Counted from the first letter of the stretch, positions 49,795-60,758 are shown. The stretch: 64,000 bases of DNA from an uncultured Spirochaetota bacterium (GCA_964525675.1 CAZGJW010000001.1:40467-104466), one strand, 5' to 3'. Notes: generated by a model not told the origin, from the sequence alone. Numbers and translations are program-made.

Positions 49795-50122
49795 ATGCTT
49801 CTCATGGGGAAAAAAAGAGTGCTGTTCGTCTGTGTTCATAACTCCGCGCGAAGCCAGATGGCTGAATCCTATCTCCACAGGCTTGCTGGAGACAGATTCG
49901 AGGTGGAGAGCGCGGGGCTGGAACCCGGTACCATCAACCCAACCCGTGTTAGAAAAGTGCGGGATTCGATCAAGGAAAAAATCCTTCAATTTATTCAGAC
50001 TGCATAAGGTTCTTGCCCATTCTCTAAAATTATGTAAATTTCTAGTTGAGGTGAAAAATAATTATGGGCGACGAGTTTTTTTCTCACAGCATGTTCGGAG
50101 ACGAGACCCTCGAAGAGGTTGA
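49795..50122 (+). pseudogene. arsC: arsenate reductase / LMW-PTP family (ArsC, thioredoxin-coupled type), frameshifted remnant
   Basis: [17 protein letters not shown]-loop. The reading frame ends after 70 aa; a weak continuation (NPV.EKCGIRS) appears in the +1 frame of ORF 49832-50122. Confidence 0.4.
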
Positions 50123-50387
50123 GGAAGAACTGAAAGAGCCCGATATGTACGGTGTTGTTCTCCACAACGATCACTACACCACCATGGATTTCGTGGTCGA
50201 GGTCATCGTGAGGGTGTTCCACAAGCCTGTTGTCGAAGCTGCCAAAATTATGATGGATGTGCACAAGAAGGGAAAAGGAATGGTGGGGGCCTACCCATAT
50301 GATATTGCGTCAACAAAGTGCACACAGGTTCTGCAGATGGCACGGGCGCAGGAGTTTCCCCTCAAGTGCACGGTGGAAAAATATTGA
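50064..50387 (+). CDS. clpS: ATP-dependent Clp protease adaptor ClpS
   Basis: YGVVLHNDHYTTMDFVVEVIVRVFHK is near-consensus ClpS. 107 aa. Directly upstream of clpA. Confidence 0.85.
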   Translation: MGDEFFSHSMFGDETLEEVEEELKEPDMYGVVLHNDHYTTMDFVVEVIVRVFHKPVVEAAKIMMDVHKKGKGMVGAYPYDIASTKCTQVLQMARAQEFPLKCTVEKY

Positions 50388-50462
50388 AAATCTGCGCACA
50401 TCAAGATGCAGGAAACAGGTGATACAGCATAATCCTTAAACTACTCTCAGGCGGTTGGGTTA

Positions 50463-52721
50463 ATGGAAATCAGCCCTGAAGTTCAGAGCGTGCTCAATGC
50501 GGCATACCGGGATGCGAAAGAGCGCAATCACGAGTACCTCACCGCCGAGCATATTCTCTACGCTTCCCTTTTCTTCGAATCCCCCAGAGCAATCATCGAG
50601 GAGTGCGGGGCTGATCCTAATACGATTAAAGAAGATCTCGAGCAATACTTCTCTGAGCATATCCCGGTCGTTTCCGGTTCGGAGCCCGTTCAATCGGCGG
50701 GATTTCAGAACGTAATCGAACACGCCCTCTTCCATACCGAGTCCTCGCAAAAGGGCGAGCTTGATATCGGTGACATTCTCATCTCCATATATGAGCTCGA
50801 ACAGTCGCACGGCGCGTACTATCTCAAAAGGGCAGGTATCACCAGGCTCGACCTCCTCAACGTAATCTCGCACGGCGGTGTTCTGACCGATCCCGCCGGC
50901 TCTCCCGATACACCGCTTACTGAAGACGAGGCTGCGGGGGTACGTCCGAAAAAAAAGGTACTCGAGCTTTTTACCGTCGAGCTTACCGGGCTCGCGCGGC
51001 AGGGCAAACTCGACCCCCTTATCGGCAGGGAGGATATTCTGGAGCGCACCATACAGGTGCTATGCCGGCGGCTGAAAAATAACCCCGTTTTTGTCGGTGA
51101 GCCCGGCGTTGGCAAGACGGCAATCGCCGAAGGCCTTGCCCAGCGTATCGTGAGCGAAGAGGTGCCTGGCCTGCTCAAAGGTTTTCGTATTTTCGCTCTC
51201 GACATGGGAAGCGTACTCGCGGGCACACGCTTCAGGGGAGACTTCGAAGAGCGGATAAAAAAGGTGCTCGCGGCACTGACGAAACTCGAAAAGGCAATCC
51301 TTTTCATCGATGAAATACACACCGTTGTGGGCGCAGGAGCCGTGTCCGGAGGCTCCATGGACGCATCAAACCTCCTCAAGCCGGCACTCGCCGCAGGCAC
51401 GCTCCGCTGTATCGGCTCCACAACCTTTGAAGAGTATAAAAAGTATTTCGAAAAGGACAGGGCCCTGACACGGCGTTTCCAAAAGATCGATATTCCGGAA
51501 TCGACATCCGAAGAGACCTATAAAATTCTCCTCGGATTGCGCGGACACTACGAGGAGTTTCATAACGTCCGGTACACGGACGATGCACTGAAAAGCGCCG
51601 TTGATCTCTCCTCGAAATACATCACTGAACGCTTTCTTCCGGACAAGGCTATCGATGTAATCGATGAGGCAGGCGCGTACATGCGCATCATGTCATACAG
51701 GGAAAATGAAGGCGACTCTCAGAAAAAAACGGTTACCGGTGATGAAATAGAAAAGGTGGTCGCAAAGATCGCGCGCATTCCGGAGCGAACCGTTTCGCAG
51801 TCTGAGGTCGGCAGGCTGAAAAATCTGGGTGTTGAACTGAAGAAGGTGATTTTCGGCCAGGATGAAGCGGTCGAGACGGTCGTTGAGGCGGTGAAGCGTT
51901 CCCGCGCGGGTTTCCGCGAGGAGAACAAGCCGGTCGCCTCGTTCCTTTTCGTCGGCCCGACCGGTGTCGGAAAGACGGAGCTCGCCCGCCAGCTTGCCCA
52001 TATACTGGGCATCGCCATGCACCGGTACGACATGAGCGAGTACCAGGAAAAGCACACGGTCTCCCGGCTCATCGGGTCGCCTCCGGGGTACGTAGGCTAT
52101 GAGGAGGGCGGACTGCTGACCGATGCCATCCGCAAAACACCCCATGCAGTGCTCCTTTTAGATGAAATAGAAAAGGCCCATCAGGATGTATACAACGTGC
52201 TCCTCCAGATGATGGATTATGCCACGATTACCGACAATGCGGGTAGAAAGGCTGATTTCAGAAACGTGATCATCATCATGACCTCGAATGCCGGCGCGCG
52301 TGATATCGGAAAGCCGGTCATCGGATTCGGCGGCGGGGAGATTACCGAGCAGGCCATAACCGACGCGGTTGAGCGGGCATTCGCTCCCGAGTTTCGAAAC
52401 AGACTCGACAAAATCGTTCATTTCAACAGGCTCGAGGAGCCGGTCGTGCTGAAGATCGTGGACAAGGAGATCAGGGCGTTTACCGGCCAGCTCGAGGAAA
52501 AGGGCGTACGTCTTACGGTCACGACCGGATGCAGGAAATGGCTCGCACAAAAGGGATACTCGCGGGAATTCGGCGCGCGAAACATCAGCAGGCTCATACA
52601 GGATAAGGTCAAGTCCTTCTTTGTCGACGCCGTGCTGTTCGGGGTCCTCTCTCACGGCGGAAAGGCCGTTGCCGATGTGAAGAAGGATGACGTTGTGGTC
52701 TCTGTTGTGGATGCCCCATGA
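50463..52721 (+). CDS. clpA: ATP-dependent Clp protease ATP-binding subunit ClpA
   Basis: Two AAA+ modules (GEPGVGKTAIAEGLA, GPTGVGKTELARQLA). A single N-domain repeat pair and no ClpB middle domain. 752 aa. Confidence 0.9.
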   Translation: MEISPEVQSVLNAAYRDAKERNHEYLTAEHILYASLFFESPRAIIEECGADPNTIKEDLEQYFSEHIPVVSGSEPVQSAGFQNVIEHALFHTESSQKGELDIGDILISIYELEQSHGAYYLKRAGITRLDLLNVISHGGVLTDPAGSPDTPLTEDEAAGVRPKKKVLELFTVELTGLARQGKLDPLIGREDILERTIQVLCRRLKNNPVFVGEPGVGKTAIAEGLAQRIVSEEVPGLLKGFRIFALDMGSVLAGTRFRGDFEERIKKVLAALTKLEKAILFIDEIHTVVGAGAVSGGSMDASNLLKPALAAGTLRCIGSTTFEEYKKYFEKDRALTRRFQKIDIPESTSEETYKILLGLRGHYEEFHNVRYTDDALKSAVDLSSKYITERFLPDKAIDVIDEAGAYMRIMSYRENEGDSQKKTVTGDEIEKVVAKIARIPERTVSQSEVGRLKNLGVELKKVIFGQDEAVETVVEAVKRSRAGFREENKPVASFLFVGPTGVGKTELARQLAHILGIAMHRYDMSEYQEKHTVSRLIGSPPGYVGYEEGGLLTDAIRKTPHAVLLLDEIEKAHQDVYNVLLQMMDYATITDNAGRKADFRNVIIIMTSNAGARDIGKPVIGFGGGEITEQAITDAVERAFAPEFRNRLDKIVHFNRLEEPVVLKIVDKEIRAFTGQLEEKGVRLTVTTGCRKWLAQKGYSREFGARNISRLIQDKVKSFFVDAVLFGVLSHGGKAVADVKKDDVVVSVVDAP

Positions 52722-53407
52722 AAGAGCGTTTTCCCTATCTCGACGAGAACAGCAGTTTCCAGTTCCCTTCTCCCGACAGCGCAACACCCGAGGGAATCGT
52801 TGCCGTGGGGGGCAACCTGTCGCCCGGCATGCTCCTCTCCGCCTACAGCCAGGGCATTTTCCCCTGGTATTCCGACGGCGACCCTATCATCTGGTGGAGC
52901 CCTGACCCGCGCTGCGTAATATTCACAGACGAGCTTCACGTCTCGAAATCGATGAAAAAACTGCTTCGCCAGGGGCGGTTCAGCATAACGCTTGACAGTC
53001 GGTTTCGCGACGTGATCACGGCCTGTAAAAAAATACCCCGCAGGTTCCAGAACGGCACATGGATCACCGATGCAATGCTCGAGGCCTACTGTATCCTGCA
53101 CGACCTCGGCTATGCGCACTCTGTCGAGGCGTGGGATGGGGGCTCGCTCGCAGGCGGCATGTACGGTGTATCGCTTGGCAGTTTCTTCTTCGGCGAGTCG
53201 ATGTTCAGCCTCATCCCGAACGCATCAAAGGCCGCTATTATCCATCTCAGCGACATCATCAAAAAAATGGGTTTTTTGATGATCGACTGCCAGATATTTT
53301 CTCCGCACCTTCGAACACTGGGCGCACGGATGATACGAAGGGATGAGTTTCTTCGCCTGCTGGAAGATGGCTTGAAATCAGAAACGCATCGGGGGAACTG
53401 GGGTTAA
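52718..53407 (+). CDS. aat: leucyl/phenylalanyl-tRNA--protein transferase
   Basis: FPWYSDGDPIIWWSPDPRCVIF signature. Operonic with clpS-clpA, which is the N-end-rule arrangement. Confidence 0.85.
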   Translation: MKERFPYLDENSSFQFPSPDSATPEGIVAVGGNLSPGMLLSAYSQGIFPWYSDGDPIIWWSPDPRCVIFTDELHVSKSMKKLLRQGRFSITLDSRFRDVITACKKIPRRFQNGTWITDAMLEAYCILHDLGYAHSVEAWDGGSLAGGMYGVSLGSFFFGESMFSLIPNASKAAIIHLSDIIKKMGFLMIDCQIFSPHLRTLGARMIRRDEFLRLLEDGLKSETHRGNWG

Positions 53408-53486
53408 TTTATTGGCATATGAGATTTGAATTTTCAGAGTAGCCGGTTTCTTTTCTTCAACATGCTTTTCATTTAAGAAAAACATT

Positions 53487-54320
53487 TCAATACCGGGTGA
53501 ACTGGGACTCTTGGCCGTTAGCGGTCATCGTTAAAACAGTTTCCGAAGCGCTCACAGTGAAAGTATACGGCTCTGATCCCCAGTACGGCTCAAGGTCGGT
53601 GATAAAAGAGTCCCAGCCTGTGTCCTGGTCGTCTATCCAGTTGATGCCATCATAGCCTTTTTCAAGCGTTACCGTGATCGTGCCGTCGCCCGCGGTATAG
53701 TTGCCCCGTACACCCCAGACAAGTATCCCCGCACTGTTGAGGTCAAAGGATAACATCTGAAAATGATGCCTGTCCATGGTGCAGGTTGTCTTTATGTTGC
53801 TGGACTCAACTATCTGAGTCATGTACCATGCGCCGATATGGTTCAAAGATGAGCTTATCCGGGTATAGGTCATAGAATCTCCGTTCATGGTCAAGGTGAG
53901 GTCGCTTTCAGAGACTGAATAGGCCATACTATACGGTGGGGAACCCCAGAAATCATTCACTGTCGCAATAAAGTTGTTCCAGCTCGCACTGTCACTGTCC
54001 ATCCATTCTTCCTCCATGTACCCATCTGAGACCGTAATCGTCAATACACCCTCAGATTCTGTATAGGTGCCGATCAGGCCCCATACGAACATTGAGTTGT
54101 TGAGATCATAACTCAGCATCTGTATCTTCTGTGAACCGAGAATACAGGTCGATTCAATGTCCGATGTATCCCATACCAGTGTCGTGTACCAGGAACCGAG
54201 GTATGAGGAGCCATCTGTGCTTTCCTTGCTGTTGCACGACGCACCAAGGGCCAGGCCCGCAGAGAACAGCACAACCAAAAATAAAAAAACTGCCACAGCG
54301 TTGAGTATCCTTCGTTTCAT
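53487..54320 (-). CDS. secreted (lipo)protein built from two tandem ~125-aa repeats of an unknown domain
   Basis: Signal peptide with LALGASC. The internal duplication is plain in the sequence (GSWYTTLVWDTSDIESTC... matches GAWYMTQIVESSNIKTTC...). Confidence 0.5.
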   Translation of the reverse strand: MKRRILNAVAVFLFLVVLFSAGLALGASCNSKESTDGSSYLGSWYTTLVWDTSDIESTCILGSQKIQMLSYDLNNSMFVWGLIGTYTESEGVLTITVSDGYMEEEWMDSDSASWNNFIATVNDFWGSPPYSMAYSVSESDLTLTMNGDSMTYTRISSSLNHIGAWYMTQIVESSNIKTTCTMDRHHFQMLSFDLNSAGILVWGVRGNYTAGDGTITVTLEKGYDGINWIDDQDTGWDSFITDLEPYWGSEPYTFTVSASETVLTMTANGQESQFTRY

Positions 54321-54533
54321 GATATCCCCTTTTTAATAGTTTATTTTCTCCCGTTATGCATAATAAAGCAAACAAATACTAAAATGAAAATAAATAATGG
54401 ACGCAATCATATATCAGCAATAAATATATTGCCTTTGAAAATTATACCATGTCTTTTGTAAAATAAAAGAAAAAAAATAAAAGTTTTTTTTGCATTTTTA
54501 AACATTTGATAATAAATATAAATATCGCTATTT

Positions 54534-54980
54534 TTGCTAGAAAAAATGCCAGATGGGACACGAATTATTTTGAAAATCACCGACAAAGTATCCATCCCCA
54601 TACGCGAAATCGAGATGAGCGCTATCCGCGCACAGGGAGCGGGAGGTCAGAATGTGAACAAGGTCTCAACCGCCGTGCACCTGCGCTTCAATATTAATGC
54701 TTCCTCTCTGCCCGATTTGTACAAACAACGGCTTTTAAAACTGAACGATCAGCGCATCACCGTGGATGGTATAGTCGTTATCAAAGCTCAGCAGTACCGA
54801 AGCCAGGAGAAGAACAGGGAGGAGGCGTTGAAACGCCTGAGAGAGCTTATCAGAAGCGTTGTCGTATCACCGAAAAAACGAAAAAAGACCAGGCCGACCG
54901 AGAGCTCTCAGGAAAAGCGCCTCGACCAAAAGAGTAAACGCGGACAGATCAAGGCCCTGAGGGGGAAGATCAGCGATTAA
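54534..54980 (+). CDS. arfB: alternative ribosome-rescue factor ArfB (peptidyl-tRNA hydrolase, GGQ family)
   Basis: RAQGAGGQNVNKVSTAVHLRF GGQ motif and a basic C-terminal tail. 148 aa. Confidence 0.75.
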   Translation: MLEKMPDGTRIILKITDKVSIPIREIEMSAIRAQGAGGQNVNKVSTAVHLRFNINASSLPDLYKQRLLKLNDQRITVDGIVVIKAQQYRSQEKNREEALKRLRELIRSVVVSPKKRKKTRPTESSQEKRLDQKSKRGQIKALRGKISD

Positions 54981-55034
54981 AAGGTATCATCCATTACGAA
55001 TAGTATCCAGGCAGGCAGATGAAGAAACTGTTTT

Positions 55035-56513
55035 TCAAGTGCTGACGATACTTCGCGTCACTTTGCCGAAATGTAGTCCGTAAATCGCAAGCTCCACCGC
55101 AACGGGAAACGCCTTAGATTTGGTAAACAGGGTCTTGAAGAGGAGCCTCCAGTATCTGAGCCTGGATTCCGAGACAATGCCGATACGCCACATGCTCTTA
55201 ACAAAGGCCTTGATATCCTCTATCGTAATCGTTCCCCGTGCCGTAGGCTGGTAGTTATCGATGAATGTATCGATTCTTTTGTAGTAATATTTTGGTGAGT
55301 AGATTGTCGAAAGAATTTTTTTGTACCCTGCAACAAGCTTTTTCTTCCCCATTTTCGGAACAAAGTTCAGGCTGCCGTCCGTGTTCTCTCCGGTTGTGTC
55401 TTTGAGAAGCCTGTTTTCAGATTTAAGCCTTCGCCACAGGCCTGTTTGCGGCAGCGCATTGAGCAGGCCGACCATGGCTGTGACAACGCCGATTTGCTGA
55501 ATGAATTTTATCTGAGCCTCGAATATCCGTTCCGTGTCACTGTCAAATCCGACAATAAATCCTCCCATAACCTGCATGCCGTTCTGCTGTATGATCTTTA
55601 CCGACTCCGAGAGGCTCCGGGTCACATTCTGCGTCTTGCGGCATTCTTTCAAACTATCAATGTTGGGAGTTTCAATACCAAGAAACACCTTCGAAAAATT
55701 CGCATCCTTCATCAGTACCATTAATTCCTCGTCGTCCGCCAGGTTCGTGCTGGCTTCGGTCAAAAGCTTATACGGGTATCGATGCTCCTTCTGCCATGCT
55801 ATAAGTGACGGCAGCATTTTTTTTACCCGCGCTTTGTTTCCGATGAAATTATCATCAACTATGAACAAAGACCCCCGCCAGCCTTCGTCGTAGAGCAGCT
55901 GTATTTCATGCAGCAACTGTTCAGGGCTCTTCGTTCTGGGAATCCTCCCGTTCATGACAATGATGTCGCAGAATTCGCAGTTGAACGGGCATCCCCGTGA
56001 ATACTGCACAACCATCGACGCGTAATTCCTGAAGTCGATCAGCGACCACAACGGGGCAGGCGTTTTTGTAATATCCGGCCTTTTTTCGGATGTGTAGAGG
56101 TGCCGGGGATTCCCCTTTTTCAAGTCTTCAAGAAAAAGAGGCAGGGTGATTTCCGCTTCATTCAGCACAAAATGATCGACTCCCTGAAACTCTTCATGCC
56201 TCGTCGTAAACAGGGGTCCACCTGCAACAATTTTTTTGCCGTACAGGGCACATTTTCTGATGATTTCCAGTGCATTTTCTTTCTGTACGATCATTGCGCT
56301 GATAAACACGATATCCGCCCATACAATATCTTCTTCCTTCAGGTCTGAAATATTCACATCAACGAGTTTCTTGTTCCACTCCTCAGCTAGCATAGAGGCA
56401 ACCGTCATAAGCCCCAGCGGAGGAAATGCCGCCTTCTTGGAAATGAATCTAAGAATATATTTGAAGCTCCAGAAGGTGTTTGGGTACTTTGGATAGACCA
56501 GTAAAACGTTCAT
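55035..56513 (-). CDS. B12-binding-domain radical SAM protein (class B, DUF4070 C-terminal)
   Basis: N-terminal cobalamin-binding Rossmann domain, then YSRGCPFNCEFCD (CxxxCxxC). 492 aa. Confidence 0.8.
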   Translation of the reverse strand: MNVLLVYPKYPNTFWSFKYILRFISKKAAFPPLGLMTVASMLAEEWNKKLVDVNISDLKEEDIVWADIVFISAMIVQKENALEIIRKCALYGKKIVAGGPLFTTRHEEFQGVDHFVLNEAEITLPLFLEDLKKGNPRHLYTSEKRPDITKTPAPLWSLIDFRNYASMVVQYSRGCPFNCEFCDIIVMNGRIPRTKSPEQLLHEIQLLYDEGWRGSLFIVDDNFIGNKARVKKMLPSLIAWQKEHRYPYKLLTEASTNLADDEELMVLMKDANFSKVFLGIETPNIDSLKECRKTQNVTRSLSESVKIIQQNGMQVMGGFIVGFDSDTERIFEAQIKFIQQIGVVTAMVGLLNALPQTGLWRRLKSENRLLKDTTGENTDGSLNFVPKMGKKKLVAGYKKILSTIYSPKYYYKRIDTFIDNYQPTARGTITIEDIKAFVKSMWRIGIVSESRLRYWRLLFKTLFTKSKAFPVAVELAIYGLHFGKVTRSIVST

Positions 56514-57254
56514 TCTTTAAACCGCCTCTTTTTTTCAGATAAGCCGAACGATAAAAAATTATTCGAATCGTGCTGTGAAATTAAGGAATGTACCGGTATT
56601 GAACCAGCGGTGTCACTATTGAAGGTTTTTTTAAGGGGTTATTATTTTAGAGAGGATATTGCCATTTCATAGTATCAGTGCTGATATCATCGACTAAACT
56701 AAACTACCCAACCCTTCACGTAATGAAAACGAGTTAATAAAAACCATCCGGCTTAACGCGCTTTTACCGCATCAAAAAAAACACTTCACACCTTATTCTC
56801 ATAACATCCTATATAAGCTGTGATTCATTACGATAAAAGTCAATGAATATTGTTTTATCAATATGAATATCGGTGTGCCGACGAAAACTTTACCGGTGTC
56901 AGACCCCATAGAAAACTTATAATATCCTGTCAGTGGTTATACGTCCGTGTAAAGTTCCGGAATGGATCCTTTTTCTGAAGCGTTTACGGTATTGTGGCTT
57001 CTATTTGAAATAAAGATACCAAGACTCACGAGAAGGGTGAGTGCGGCAAAGAATACGAGCACTCTGATTATCACTTCCCTGTCACCTCCCGCGTTATATA
57101 TTGTATGGTGTATACATTTATTTTCGTTACACATCAATGAAGAGTTGATCGTTTTTTTCCACTACTGTAGTTCGTTCGGCAGTACACTTTATATTATGCA
57201 CCATGTGGAGGGTTGTGTCAAATAATTATCAGTAATTATGGTCAATCACTCCCG

Positions 57255-59927
57255 CTAATCACGAGCCATCTGGCGGAGTACGGTATGCAAAATACCTCCG
57301 TTTCTGTAATACTCAAATTCTATATACGTATCGAGGCGTGCAAGAACGGAAAAACCTTTCAGCTCACCCGTGTCACTAACAGCTTCCACTTTGAGCATCT
57401 GACCTGCTTCATGAACGGGCTCGATCCTGTAGCGCTCCATACCGGTAAGGCCCAGAGATGGAACATTCTGTCCTTCAATGAATTGAAGAGGCAGCACCCC
57501 CATGCCGATTAGATTGCTTCGGTGTATGCGCTCAAAGCTTTCAGCGATAACCGCCTTTACGCCAAGAAGGAGGGTTCCCTTTGCTGCCCAGTCCCTCGAG
57601 CTCCCAGCGCCATACTCCCTGCCCGCAATGACGATAAGCGGAATACCACGACCCCTGTACTCAACAGCCGCATCATAGATAGGCATAACCGTTCCGTCAG
57701 GAATGAGCTTCGTCACACCACCCTCGGTGCCGGGTACGAGTAGATTTTTTATGCGGATATTTCCGAATGTCCCACGCATCATCACCTCGTGATTGCCCCG
57801 CCTAGATCCGTAGCTGTTGAAATCCTCCGGCTTTACACCGTGTTCGATAAGCCATTTCCCGGCCGGGCTTTCGGCAGGTATACTTCCTGCCGGTGATATA
57901 TGATCCGTGGTTACCGTTTCCCCTAAAAGTGCGAGCACTCTGGCATCTTCAATTACAGGTTGTGCCGGAAGCTGGCGGGTTAGACCGTTGAAAAACGGTG
58001 GTTTTTTGATATAGGTGGACGTATCATTCCAGGCGTACCGCTTTGCCTTTTTCACCTTTACCTGGTTCCAGGTCTCATTCCCTGTGTAGACATTCGCATA
58101 CTCTGTGGTAAAAAAATCAGAAGAGAGCACTTTCTGCATAACATCCTGTACCTCTTTTTCTGACGGCCAAATATCGGAAAGATACACCGCCCCCCCGTTT
58201 CTGTCGTATCCGACCGGCTCTTTTGTAAGATTCTTCATCTTTCCTGCAAGAGCGTAGGCAACAACGAGGGGTGGAGACATGAGAAAGTTTGTGCGCACCT
58301 CCTGATGAATCCTTCCCTCGAAATTCCTGTTCCCGGAGAGCACGCTCGCTGTGACAAGGTCATTCTCGCGTATTGCCCTGCTGATTTCAGGCAGGAGAGG
58401 GCCCGAGTTCCCGATGCAGGTGGTGCATCCGTACCCGACCAGATGAAAACCGAGCGCTTCGAGATACGGGGTGAGCTCGGCCCCGTCCAGGTAGCGTGTC
58501 ACTACCTTTGATCCGGGTGCAAGGCTCGTCTTTACATGCGGAGGAACCTCGAGCCCCAGCTGCACCGCTTTTTTGGCAAGCATGCCCGCGCCGACCATGA
58601 CCGTCGGGTTCGATGTATTCGTACAGCTCGTGATTGCAGCAATAACAACGGAGCCGTCTTCAATCACTGCATCCCTCCCGTGAAGGCTGAAATGGACCTC
58701 CCTGCACTTTTTCTTCATTGATTTCAACATTTCAGGAATCGACGTGTGCGCCCTGTTGAGCGGGATTCTGTCCTGCGGCCACTTTGGCCCGGCGATGGAC
58801 GGCTCAATAGATGCCAGATCGAATTCGATCACGTCGGTAAAATCGGGACCGGGGGTGCCTTTATCTCTAAAAAGGCCCTGCGCCCTCATGTATTTCTCCA
58901 CAAGGTCGACGAGCTCTTTCGGCCTGCCTGTTTCACTGAGATAGAGCAGGGTGTTCGCGTCGGCAGGAAAATACACGACCGTTGCTCCTGTTTCCGGAGA
59001 CATATTGCTCACGAGCGCCCTGTCCGCAACCGACATGGAAGCGACTCCCGGGCCGAAGAACTCAACGAATTTACCGACGACCCCGTATTTTCGCAGCCGT
59101 TCGATCACATGAAGCACAATATCCGTTGGAGTGGTTCCAGGTCTGAGCCTGCCGGTGAGCCTGAATCCGATAACATCCGGTACGAGCATGTAGTAGGGCT
59201 GGCCGAGCATTACCGCCTCAGCCTCGATACCGCCGACGCCCCATCCTAAAACGCCGAGTCCGTCTATCATCGGTGTGTGAGAGTCGGTTCCCACAAGGGT
59301 GTCTGGAAAGGCATAGGTTTCATCCCCGGTATGCGCTGTTTGCACGGTTTGCACCGCCTTCGCCAGATACTCGAGATTTACCTGATGGCAGATTCCCGTG
59401 GCAGGCGGCACAACACGCAGATTTTTAAAAATCGCCGCGCCCCACCGCAGCAGTTCGTAGCGTTCGCGGTTTCGTTTGAACTCCATGTCGGCATTGTACA
59501 AAAGCGCCCTTCTTGTTGCATAGCGGTCCACCTGCACCGAATGATCGATAACGAGATCAACCGGTATACGGGGATCGACCCGCTGTGCATCTCCTCCCAG
59601 GTCGGCAAGCGCATCACGCATAACCGCAAGATCGACAAGCGCAGGAACACCGGTAAAATCCTGCATGAGGACCCGGGCCGGCATAAACGGCACTTCTCCT
59701 TCCTGACCGAACACGAGCTTTTTCACGTCATCCTCTCCGATCAGGCTCCCGTCAATGTTCCGCACAACGGATTCAAGAAGAATTTTCAGGGTATACGGCA
59801 TTCGCGTAATGTCTTTCCCGAGTTTTTCCGAAAGCCGGTTCAGGCTGAAGTAACGAACCTCCCCCATTGCTGAAGAGAGACCGGCCACGATACCGAGCGA
59901 GTCGGTATATGGTTTTTCCGGGGACAT
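57255..59927 (-). CDS. acnA: aconitate hydratase A (aconitase/IRP family)
   Basis: 890 aa. Fe-S ligating cysteines sit in the CTNTSNP and YGCTTCIGNSGPL contexts, and a C-terminal swivel domain is present. Confidence 0.9.
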   Translation of the reverse strand: MSPEKPYTDSLGIVAGLSSAMGEVRYFSLNRLSEKLGKDITRMPYTLKILLESVVRNIDGSLIGEDDVKKLVFGQEGEVPFMPARVLMQDFTGVPALVDLAVMRDALADLGGDAQRVDPRIPVDLVIDHSVQVDRYATRRALLYNADMEFKRNRERYELLRWGAAIFKNLRVVPPATGICHQVNLEYLAKAVQTVQTAHTGDETYAFPDTLVGTDSHTPMIDGLGVLGWGVGGIEAEAVMLGQPYYMLVPDVIGFRLTGRLRPGTTPTDIVLHVIERLRKYGVVGKFVEFFGPGVASMSVADRALVSNMSPETGATVVYFPADANTLLYLSETGRPKELVDLVEKYMRAQGLFRDKGTPGPDFTDVIEFDLASIEPSIAGPKWPQDRIPLNRAHTSIPEMLKSMKKKCREVHFSLHGRDAVIEDGSVVIAAITSCTNTSNPTVMVGAGMLAKKAVQLGLEVPPHVKTSLAPGSKVVTRYLDGAELTPYLEALGFHLVGYGCTTCIGNSGPLLPEISRAIRENDLVTASVLSGNRNFEGRIHQEVRTNFLMSPPLVVAYALAGKMKNLTKEPVGYDRNGGAVYLSDIWPSEKEVQDVMQKVLSSDFFTTEYANVYTGNETWNQVKVKKAKRYAWNDTSTYIKKPPFFNGLTRQLPAQPVIEDARVLALLGETVTTDHISPAGSIPAESPAGKWLIEHGVKPEDFNSYGSRRGNHEVMMRGTFGNIRIKNLLVPGTEGGVTKLIPDGTVMPIYDAAVEYRGRGIPLIVIAGREYGAGSSRDWAAKGTLLLGVKAVIAESFERIHRSNLIGMGVLPLQFIEGQNVPSLGLTGMERYRIEPVHEAGQMLKVEAVSDTGELKGFSVLARLDTYIEFEYYRNGGILHTVLRQMARD

Positions 59928-59948
59928 GACACCTCCTCTATCTTTTTT

Positions 59949-60587
59949 TCATTCCAGTCCAAGCTTTTTGAGTTTCGGCCGAATGACGACCGAGCAGTAT
60001 CCAAGGGTGGGATGCTTCTCGTAGTAATCCTGATGATAATCCTCTGCAGGATAAAAAACCTCAAGAGGCTTTATCTCTGTAACAACGGGAGCATCGAAGT
60101 GCACGGCGGTTTTCTCTTTTGATTTTTCAGCAACTTTCTTCTGCTTCTCGTCCGAGTATAGAATAATCGATCGGTACTGCGATCCCACATCAGCTCCCTG
60201 CCGGTTAGGAGTGGTCGGATCATGGGCCTTCCAGAAAAGTTCGAGCAGGTCTTCGTAACCGATACGATCCGGATCATACTCTATGCGCACGACCTCCGCA
60301 TGCCCTGTCGTATCTGAACAAACCTCCCGGTAGGTTGGACTCGGCCTCAAACCGCCGGCATAGCCCGATACGACCGATTTGACACCATCGATCCTTTCAT
60401 AAACCGCTTCAATGCACCAGAAGCAGCCTCCTCCAAAGACCGCAATTTCGGTTTTTCCGGATTTATTCTCATCCATCGCGTTCTCCCTGTTTCGAGCGCT
60501 CTCTGCGGCTGGAACCGTTTTGAAAAATATCACCACGGCAACTGCCGCTGCAAAAACTACAGCAAGATATAGTAAGGGTTTCTTCAT
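59949..60587 (-). CDS. msrA: peptide methionine sulfoxide reductase MsrA with an N-terminal signal/anchor
   Basis: GGGCFWCIEAVY catalytic motif. 212 aa. Confidence 0.85.
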   Translation of the reverse strand: MKKPLLYLAVVFAAAVAVVIFFKTVPAAESARNRENAMDENKSGKTEIAVFGGGCFWCIEAVYERIDGVKSVVSGYAGGLRPSPTYREVCSDTTGHAEVVRIEYDPDRIGYEDLLELFWKAHDPTTPNRQGADVGSQYRSIILYSDEKQKKVAEKSKEKTAVHFDAPVVTEIKPLEVFYPAEDYHQDYYEKHPTLGYCSVVIRPKLKKLGLE

Positions 60588-60758
60588 TCCGGTACTCCCG
60601 TCCCTAATACATTAATGTATATATCCGGCCTTGAACAGGACAAGTTTTCACTCCCTCTTTATTGAAGGTTCTGCTTTTTTTTCCAAATCATTTAAATTAT
60701 ATGATTTCCATAAAACTGCATCTCATGTATACTATTGTAGTGAACTGTCAGACCCCCG

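Noticed and set aside
56937-57137. 66-aa minus-strand ORF with one hydrophobic helix in the 740-bp gap between the radical SAM gene and acnA
   Set aside because: It has no RBS and low-complexity composition. It could be a small membrane protein, but there is no support beyond the open frame.
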